Source of the DNA: Geosiphon pyriformis uo1
Taxonomy: Eukaryota; Fungi; Glomeromycota
DNA: 64,000 bases
Assembly (NCBI GenBank): GCA_016748015.1
Contig: JAAOMT010000518.1
Coordinates: 310,001 to 374,000 of the forward strand
Direction of reading: 5' to 3'
The notes under the pieces are model-generated. The model made no database searches. It was not told where the DNA came from and was given only the letters and a program-made list of their open reading frames with translations. Of this stretch, positions 53,716 through 64,000 are shown piece by piece; the first letter of the stretch is position 1; each line of letters starts with the position of its first letter. Position numbers and translations under genes: made by a program.

Positions 53716-56700
53716 TTTTCTTTTTTTTTATTAGAAGTTTTATGAATGCAGTCCAACCACTACCTAAATACATAGATCATCATAATCTAAATTAAGTATG
53801 GCTTATGCCTTTTCTACACATGACTAGCCACTCAGGCCAATTAAGACAGCACTATACACCTAAATTACCCACCATAAAAACATTACACAGAAAACCAAAA
53901 TCTAATCTGATTAGACATGAATGCAACCCAAAACATACATGGATACTTAGCCTGAAACTGAAATTCCAGATTGTTCTAACAGACCATAAAAAAGACAAAC
54001 CAAACACTGAAGAAATAGACAATCCATCATGTGGCAGGAGATTATATTTTTTGTAAAAAGCCCTCAACTTAAATGGCAGACCTGTGACTATTAGCAAAAT
54101 GACCAACAAAATTGACAATCAATGCACTCCCATCAGAATTAGCACTCAAACAACCCAAAGTGTTAACCACTCAACTCTTTAGCACAAAACTCTTAGCCAG
54201 TGCTGTAAACAAGTCTATGGAGGAAGCAGCCTCATTTAGTGAATTAGTGACTGCATTCCCATTGGCAAAAGCACTTAGCAATACATTCCACTCCAGAGTA
54301 GCATTGAACAATAAGATATTCCTAACATTGATATTATGACTGCAAGAGAAAACATGATCAGAGTCCTCCACTAAACCACACCAAATGCAAGCAACACTTG
54401 AATAACTTGAATTGTACATCTTCTTCCTTTTGGCCACAGACAATTGATGATGGAATGTCTTTATAAAGTATGACCAAAGAGTCACTGATGCAGTGCTAGT
54501 ATAACCAGATTTGATTCTGCCATCAGGATGCCAAATGCAAAAAGTCCTGGCTTTATCAAAATGGTTACTGAGACCTGCACCAATAATACTACTAACACAT
54601 TTGGTCTTCCAACCAACAGAATAAATGGCATTAAAAAGTTTTTTAGCAACATGATAAGCATTTTCAGAAACAAGTCTGCCTTCTATAACAAGAAAGTGAT
54701 AAAGTATCACAATAGATAAAAAGAACTTAGAAGTGACAGCTGCATCAGCATAGAAATCAGCACGTTTGTTTCCAACAACACCAAAATGATCTTTGATCTT
54801 ATTCCATAATACTGACAAATTTTTTTTGCAATGATGCAGTAAATATGTTTCTTTTCAATCCAGCATTTATCATGAAAGTCAAAACCTGCCACATCACTGG
54901 TGAATTTACATAAGTCCAATGAAGCTTGGCTGTTTATATATAAGATAACCAATCGAGAAGTGGACACACACTTCAAAGCAAGTGCAATGGTCTGCATTTC
55001 TACTAGAATTGATAACAGCAACCCATTTACCTTAACCCCAACACTAGTATTCACATCTGGAAAATAAGTGGTGGCACCACCATGAGCACTTAATGAACCC
55101 AAATCTTTGACCAAACTATCTGTGTAAACAGTTATAGAGCCCAATCTGGAATTCAGCAAATGCTCACCAATATAATCAAAGTCACAAGGAGAGTCAGTGA
55201 GAACAGAACAAGAAAACAACAACACACTATTTGACAAGCCACTCCCAATGATAAATTTGACCAAAGAAGCAAACCAGACAGAAACTGGGCCTTTAGAGTC
55301 CAGTTTTTTCCACTTGCGAAAAGTGTTCCACATAAAACATTTGCCATGGTGGTCCAGAAGTTGGTTTGCAAACACCACACCATATCTTTAAGAGACTTCA
55401 CTATGCACAAATAAGATTTAACACTGAGCACATTCAAGACCAAAACACTATTTCTGGCCCGAAAAACATCTGGCAGATCACTGTCCAATGAAAAGTTGCA
55501 CAGTTTAAAAACACATGTTGTGCCAGCCAAAAAGCAATTTGCAGGATTAATCAACAACTTAATTGGAAATTTAAGAGGATGCCAGGACATCCAGCTAGCA
55601 GCCTGTAACTCCATGGCCCTGTGTTTGAATAATTTACCAAAAATTCTGTTAGCATTAGCAAATTTAACCAGGCCAGCCAGCTGATTCTCAGCCATTACTT
55701 ACTCAAAAGTTTTTAAATCATATAGCTCTGAATAACACAAAGCTTCACTTGGAAAATCCTTGGACAAATTGGCTTTAAGTTTCAAACCCTTTCTCAATAT
55801 TATGTCTCACTTCTCACATACACTCTTGGAAACACAGCTGAACTGCAATCTATATCTAATTATAAACTGTAGAACAGCAGACACCAAATACAAAAACTGT
55901 TTCTTAGTGATGGCTTTTTTTAATACCACATTTGAAAAAAACTTGACATCTGAATGAGCTTTCATCAAACTTGGCTTAAACAGGCCATCTATAGAAAGAA
56001 AAATCCCTAAATATCAGTAGGACTCATCTTTTTTGGCAATAGAGATCTTAGAACCACTAATAAACAATGAAGCCTTTCTGGCCCCTTGATTAATAAGAAT
56101 AGCAACCATTTTGTCAGTGTTAATAGCAATGTCATTGACCATGAAAAAATTATTCGCAATGTCTAAAATATGCTGTGTAGCCACCAGGCAGTTCCCAATC
56201 CAAATAGTATCATCCACAAAGGCACCAGCTGCAAAAAAAAAAGTTTTGCCACTCTTAGGGTCAGCTTTACCAGTCTTAGTAAAATATTTTGAATCCAACC
56301 TATATTCACACAATTGTTCATGTTTTTTGACCTTACAAAGCAAAGAATCATAGAAGATTCTCCACAGTAATGGTGAGAAAACTTCCCCTTGATCTAACTT
56401 ATTATAAACAATATATCCATCAGTAAGCCCAAAGTCTGTTATCACCCAGTTGGTCTGGCCATTGTGTATGTTTCCAAAAAATTTAATAAAACAGGAACAC
56501 ATCTTAATCCTAACTAAACTGTTCCTTAAATGGGGCCATCCAACTGAGTCATAAGCCTTCCGCATATCTTGAAGCACCAACCACATCTTCTTATTCTTTT
56601 CAAGTGCATTTTCAATAATAAAACCAATGGTAAAAATTGGAGTTTGAGTAGACATACCCTTCAAAACTGAGAAATTATTATCACAAAGGACATTAAATTT

Positions 56701-59700
56701 ACTGTATATCAGAGATATTCTGTCAGAAAAAATCTTAGACAGTATTTTCCTGGCTGTTTTAACCAAAGCTATAGGTCTGGTATTGGTGAGTGTTTTCTCC
56801 CAATTATATAACTTAAATATTATAGAGATCCAGGCTTGTCTCTACTGTAGGGGGACTACACCCAACTTCAAACACACATTGAAAACATCCAACAAACCAT
56901 CCAAAATCTTAGCATTTCCATGCTTTCATAGCTTGTTAAGAATACCAGAAATGCCAACAGTCTTTCCATCAGGCAGGTCTTTAACCACCAGAAGAAACTC
57001 ATCTGATTTAATCACATCTATGATATTTGAGAATGTACTGTTACCAACATAGTTCAAGAGGGCATATTGATTAGACCAATAAATAGACAGAGAAATGGGA
57101 GTGACCCATTTTCTTGTCCAACCTTTCATGATATCATCAACAGCAGATTTAATCTCCTTAGGCTCTAAAATTAACTCATTATCTACTATTAGATGATCCA
57201 GCACTACTTTTTTAAATGGCCAGTCCAAAACACTTTTGATCATATGTCCTTTATTGGAGCTGAAGGTTTCCATGTGTCTGTTTATTACTTTTTTGATAGA
57301 AATATCTTTGGCCATCTTAGACTCATAGTATTTGGATTTATGGTACAATTTTTTGATTTCTAATAGGTATAGAAGAATGCTCTTTCTACTCTCACTATTA
57401 TCAAACATTGTGCATACTTTGGATGCTTTCTTACTATCCAAAATAAATCATATCTTAAAAAGGCAAACAGTTTCTAACTTCTAATCTGAGCTTAAGCACT
57501 TCACCAACTTGGCTATCAACAATTCCAGCTTAAAGAACTTTGAAGACTGCTTATTTTTCAAACAATTAAATTCACTAAACCAGTATTTAAAAAACACACT
57601 ATTAGCTGAGCTTGTAACTACCTCTCTAAGGATCTCTCATATAGCATCCAAATTTTTAGCAACCTTTATATCATTGAACATGTCTATATGTTCCACAAAC
57701 TTGACCAATGAATGTTCCCTAAATTGTGCCCACTTATTAGCATTTGCATTTTTGATCTTGAATTTCCACTTATCTTTATTGGCCTGCTTATGCTCACTAT
57801 TGAGATAGACATTCAAAAGACCACCTAGACCAACTGACACCAACATGGCATTATAATCAGTGTTAAAAAAATCATAGACAGGAGTAACTTTGTGACCAGC
57901 TAATGCAGATGACAAACTCTTGTTCACAAAAATGTAGTCAATGACCTTCTTGGCACTTCGGGAATTGCTCTAGGTAGAAGCTTTAACCAGAGAGTACTCA
58001 CTAAAGGAGTTGACCAACCCCAAATCCAAGCAGAACTTAAAACTAGCACTTTTTTTATCCCCATCCTCATTGAAATCACCATTCAGCACCATGAATATGA
58101 AGGAGTTAGCAGTCTTAGCAATAAGAGAGTTGATTCCACAAGCTTGGCCAAACCTGGTTTCAACAGAAGCACCTGTGTATAGGCCCAAAAACACTACTGA
58201 CAATTTGTTCTTGAAAAGAAGCTGAACAGAAACAAAATGACCAGGAATCTCCTTGATCTTAGACACATGATGTGCAAGATAATTGTTCATAATAATTGCC
58301 ATCTCAGTGCTAAGAAATCTTTTGTCTAAACCAAAAGAAAATACCCTTATCTCATCAAACTTATTCATAATCTAAGGCCTAGCATTGGATCTCAACTTTG
58401 TTTCTGTAATAATAGAAACCATATTTCTAGAATCTATATGCTAATGAACAATGTCTTCCTGCTTGGCAGGGACATTGATACCATGAACATTACATGTTAC
58501 AATTTTCCAAACCAGATCCATCATTGAGAATAAAGAACAGTAGGAACCAAACCAGCATTGTCTATTTTGGCCAAGAACTCCATAACTGTGATTGAAAAAT
58601 TGTTCAGAGTTTCTTCTATCTTAGTGATAACTGAAGAATTAAAAACCACTACTCTTGCAATAGCCTTACCACCAGTGGCCATACCTGAACCCTCACTTAT
58701 CACTATATCTATCTCTTGATTCTGTGATGAAGAGGTTACCAATGGTTGACATCCAATGCTAGACTGAGAAACCATTGGTCCAGGTGAGTTCAACCTCTTA
58801 GCCAACTTGTCAACACATTCTGCAAGGCTGGCAAGACTACACTCAAGAGCGGCAAACCTATTATTCAATTCCAAAGACACCATTGGGGTAGGTTTTATCT
58901 CTGAAAAGGAACCAAAAGCAGCTAAGACATTGTGCATAAGGAGAAGAGAAAACAAAGACCCACCAACAATATTGGTCCATAAGACACCACCAAAAGAAAC
59001 AAGATAAGAGATTGGGGCAGAGTGTCTAGCATAAATGGAAGCCAGTCTGCTTTTATTCTTATTTGACAATAACCTGCCAGTTGAGCCACCAGGAGACACA
59101 TTCTCACCACAAAACAATTCAGTGATATGTGACCCAAATTCCCACACTTATTATACTTAGCAGAATTCAGATAAAACCAACACAAATTGACACCCTTTAA
59201 GACAGATGTAGTTCCCATAACAGCATTAATTGAAGCAACAAAATTAAAACAAACAACGGCACATCTGGCCCAGGCATATATAACAGAGTGTTGATTGATA
59301 ACACATGTTTTTCCACCCACAGAGCCAATGAAGTTCCAGATATCATAAGCATTGGTGCCTATTGGTAGTGTATAGAGCAAAGTTCTATGCTGATCCCTTG
59401 TATCCCATGATTTCTTATTTGCATTGGTTTTGGCCACTCTCACAGCATCTTTTCTAATTAAGATAGACCATCTATCTGTGACCAAATCAGCCTGATTTAA
59501 TTGGACAAATTCAACCACAGCCTTTTGCCATAGCCCTATCAATTGCATCTTAATCAACACAACAGAACCAAATTCAGACAATGCAGTGTGCACAGCCTTA
59601 GCTGATGTTCCAACTGGAATTTCTTTTACCACTACAGTCCAATCTGAGTGATCAATTGATTTCTTGAGATCAGTGTTTACCAAAATATTTGCCGCTCTTG

Positions 59701-60457
59701 CTTTTTCTGTAGCCTGTGCCAAACTAGATTCAGAAGTAAAGGAGACATGGATGATCCTTGAGAATTTTGAGAGGATGGAAACCTCTCCAAAACCATTAAC
59801 TTTTGAAAACAATTTCCTAATCATCACTAGCTTTTTATAAGAGAACTTCCTAACTACTTTGTTCAGGTCGATATCCAAAGCAAAAGATTTTTTAACAGAG
59901 ATAACAACCAAATTTTTCAAGGGAGAGGAAAGTTCTAAGGAGACATCTAAGAAAACATCATCTTCATTACTATCACGACCTGAGAAGTCTATCTTCTCTA
60001 ACAGCTTACCCAGTGCTTTCTTAGTTTTGGTACCTGGCCTCTTAGGTGTCTGCTCATAATCTTTGTCAACAACATTTTCACTTTTATCATAGTTAAAGCT
60101 AGTTTCTTCTACTAAACATTCTTCTTCCATATTAATACTTTCAGACTTAATAGTGTTACCAGTCTTAAAACCTCATGAATAACCATCTAGCACCTTAGAC
60201 AGAACTTTTTTTCTACCAATACTCTCCTCCAAAGCACTATCTTTTCTCTTTTTTCTTGACAAAACAGGCTTGAGACTTCCACCAGAACCAGATTTTTTAG
60301 TAATCTTCTTTATAACAGCAATGCTAAAGCCAACAGTGGTCTCAAAATCAAAAAATGGTTTGAATTTATTGTATTGAATGTTGAAAAAAAACTTTTTTTA
60401 AAAAACTTTTGACTCTTTTTTGGGAAATTTGGGATGAACGAAAGAAAGAAGTTTTTT
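53716..60457 (-). mobile_element. LINE copy B, full length, moderately decayed, different subfamily from A
   Basis: 5' motif at 60431-60457. ORF1 ~60313-58521 has an RRM-like region and a degenerate knuckle. ATGA overlap at 58524-58521. ORF2 58524-53852 has GDFN, KAYDSV, FVDDTIW and VYTD. The 3' tail and poly(A) lie near 53716-53850. Confidence 0.93.
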
Positions 60458-60649
60458 TAAATTTTTGTTTTTTTAAAAGTAAATATAAATATAATAATTT
60501 TTTCAAATTTTAAAAGAATAATAATTTTTTTTAAATTTATTTACAATTAATATTTAAAATATAAAAATTTTTTAGTAAATATTTTTATTAAAGTTTTAAC
60601 AATTTTGAAATCAATTTTTTTTAAAACAATAAAATTAAAAAAAAATTAT

Positions 60650-63600
60650 TTTTATTTATTTATTTAACAAGTACAATTTAATTGCTATTTATTATAAAAA
60701 ATTAAATTAAAAGACTTTAATTAAATACAATTTATGTGCTTTTTATATATAATTAATTATTTAGATTAATCAAAGTTATATTATATACTTATTTATATTA
60801 CTATATTATTATTTAAACCAGAAAAAACAAACAAAACTTATAAAACCTAAAACCAATAACAAAAACTTTATTAATACTAAGTAAACAAACTATATTATTT
60901 GACAAGTAAAACAACAATAGAAATAACAGCTTAGAAACAATATTTATATTGTTAACTAAACCACTATACTTTATATTTATTTTGAATTTAGATTTAAAAA
61001 CTTATACTACTACTTTATAATATTTAACAAACTTATAAACAAACTTTACTACTATCAAAACAGTTTTTTTTCTATTTTTAAATACTAGTACTGTTTTCTC
61101 AAACCACTTTTTTAAAACAAAATTTTACAAAAAACCTTATAATAGACTTAATAAAAAAATTTAAACAACTATTAATAATTAAAAAATTTCAACACTAATC
61201 AAAAATTTTCAGTAATTAACCAATTTATATATTATTTTTTTATATAAAACAACATCTTTAAAGCAAGTAAAAACATAATTAGAAAATTTTATCTTATTAT
61301 ACAACAAATATAATACATTATAATAGTAATTTTTATAAAGTTTTTTTTTTATAATAATTAACAACTTTTTATAAATAATTTTTACTATGTAAATATGTAT
61401 ATTTAAAAACATTTTATTAGTAAATCCAAATTACATGTAAAAATTTGGATGCTAAACTGTTATAGTATAGATTAAATTAATATAATAAATAAAAAAATCA
61501 CTTATAATCTCTATACTAAAATTTATTTTTTATTAAATACAACAAACTGATTTGTAAATATTATGTATTTAATAATAATTATTATCAGATATAGTTAAAT
61601 TATTAGCCATAATAACTATTTTTAAAACATATAAGAAAAAATACATATAAATAAACAGTAATAACAACAAATATATTAGCTTAATTATTGTTTTTATTAC
61701 TTAAGTAATCTTTAATTTTTACATATTTTACTAAAATATTCTTATTTTTAATTAAATTGACAATATGTTATTATTTTAATCAACAACTATCATAAAAATC
61801 AGAACAATATAAGCTCAAATATAAAATATATATATTAATTGTTACTTAATTGTTTAAGTAAAAAATTACAAAATAAGACAAAAGTATATATTTTAAAGTT
61901 AAAGCAACTTTCTGCAATTTTACCATTATTAAAAACACAAAATTCTGAACTTTTATTCTAATACCTATAGTAAAGTTTAAAAAATAAGCTGTTATTTTAC
62001 AAAAACTTTCTATTTTTTAAAGATTTATTAATATAAATAATAAAACCTCTAAACTAAATTCCATGTAAATATTTCTGAACAGTTAAAAATTTATTAAAAT
62101 TTAAAATATTGTGGATATTATAAATTAAAGATATGTTTAACAAGTTAAAATTAGGGCTGATTATAAACTTATAAATTAAATCAAACTAATAAAACATCAG
62201 ATTTTTTAGATTTAATCTTTTTTAGTGACAAAATATTTTTTAATTTATAATTATACTATGCTTATTCAATAGTTTGTTATTAAAAGTCATACTAAAATGC
62301 TTTAAAGAATTAACTGTACTATAATAATAAAAAATCTTCAAAATAATTAACATCAAAAACTTGTTAAGATTATAGAAAGCACTAAACATATTATTAGCCA
62401 ATAAAATTTTATTGTTCAAAAAAATCTTAAATATGTTTACAAAAAAATTGTTTATTAAACTAATTTTTAATTTCACAAAAAACTGTAATAAATTTATTGA
62501 TACTTATTTCAATATTTGTAAATTTAAAAACTAATAATTAAACAAATGTTCAAGAATTCTAGCAATATTAAAGAAAGCAACCAATAAAACTATTTTGCTT
62601 TTCATTTGTATTTGCTCAAAAGTTTTTAGATTATATAAAAAAAAAAATATAATAATTTATTAAGAAAATTCCTTAACAGATTAACTTTGATTTTAAGTTC
62701 TTTTTTTATAAAAGCATTTTATTTGCTATATACACTTTTTGAAATAAAACTGAATTAAGTTTTATAATTAATAATTGGTTGCAAAATAGCCAAAACCAAA
62801 TAAAAAAACTGCTTATTTGACAAAGTTTTCTTTAATACTATATTAAAAAAAATCTGATATTTGAATGTATCTTAATTAAACTTAATTTGAATATATTTTT
62901 AGTTAACAAAAAAATTCTTAAATATTTGTAAAGCTTATTTTTTTTTGCTATTATAATTAGCAGCTTATTAATAAATAAAAAAGCAATTCCAATTCTTTGA
63001 TTAGTAAAAATAGTTACTATCTTTTTATTGTTATCAAAACATTATTAATAGAAAAAAACTCACTAATAATATCTAAAATATATTGTGTAAATGTATAACT
63101 ATTTTTTATCTAAATTATATTATCAATAAAAGTACTAGCTGTAAAAAATAAAGTTCTGTTTAAACTAGTTTCTATTTTTTCTGTCTTTACAACAAACTTA
63201 ATATTTATACAGTATTTATATAAATGTTTATGTTTTTTAATCTTGTACAAAAAAAAATTATAGAATATTTTCCAAAAAAAAGATGAAAAAATCTTATCTT
63301 AACCCAAGTTATTATGTATTTTGTACTTATTTAAAAACCTAAAATTAATTATTATTCTATTAATTTTATTTTTGTGTAAATTGCCAAAAAATTTAATAAA
63401 CTTTTTACATATTTTTATCTGTTTTAAACTCTGTTGCAGATGAATTTAGCCAACAAAATTATAAATCTTATGGATATTTTGCAAAACTAATTATATTTTT
63501 TTTCTTTTTTTCAAGGTATTTTTAACAATAAACTTATAACAAAAATTAAAGTTTGCATAAAAATGTCTTTAAGCATTAAAAAATTGTTTTCATAAAACAT

Positions 63601-64000
63601 ATTAAATTTGCTACAAGCAAAAAAAATACAGTCTGACAAAATTTTTAATAGAATTTTTCTAATTGTTTTAATTAAAGCTATAGATTTAGTATTTGTTAAT
63701 ACTTCTTTTTACTTATATAACTTTGAAATTATAAACATTCAAGCTCTTTTTCAAGATACAAAAACCAATTCTAAAACCAAACAACTGTTTAGTAAATTCA
63801 AAAGAAATTTTAGAATATTACTGCTGTTATGTTTTTATAATTTATTTAAGATATTAAAAAAACTAACTGCTTTACTATTAAAAAAATATTTAATTATGTA
63901 CTCCAATTTATCAAAACTAATTTTTATTATTATTTTAAAAAACACATTATTGTTTACATAATTTAAAAGCTTATATTGACAGAACCAAAAATTAAAATAG
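60650..64000 (-). mobile_element. LINE copy D, very heavily AT-decayed; RT to 3' tail, continuing off the right edge
   Basis: Collinear with ORF2 of A and B (RPIAL/KAYDSV/HEQL regions near 63200-63700). The 3' tail is at ~60650-60785. Confidence 0.75.

Overview
Eukaryotic, intron-rich, AT-rich fungal-type DNA, most consistent with an early-diverging fungus (Glomeromycotina-like; this is inference). Two small gene islands hold an ER Hsp90 (GRP94/endoplasmin ending in KDEL), the probable 5' end of an unknown gene, and convergent PEX26 and MCM6. The rest is a nested retrotransposon cluster. It contains four APE-RT-RNaseH LINE copies at different stages of decay and two ORF1-only (HAL1-like) elements that share the LINE 3' stem-loop tail. 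It also contains two full-length Ty3/gypsy elements, each with a solo LTR nested in one of its LTRs. The gypsy elements are unusual: pol has a Cys-rich insert and a dUTPase between protease and RT, and a conserved ~219-codon extra ORF sits before the 3' LTR. The strongest signal is repeat-restricted C>T/G>A hypermutation on both strands, not limited to CpG and with almost no indels or transversions. It increases with nesting age and spares the genes and a short ~120-bp repeat fragment, which suggests a RIP-like genome defence outside the lineages where RIP is normally described.
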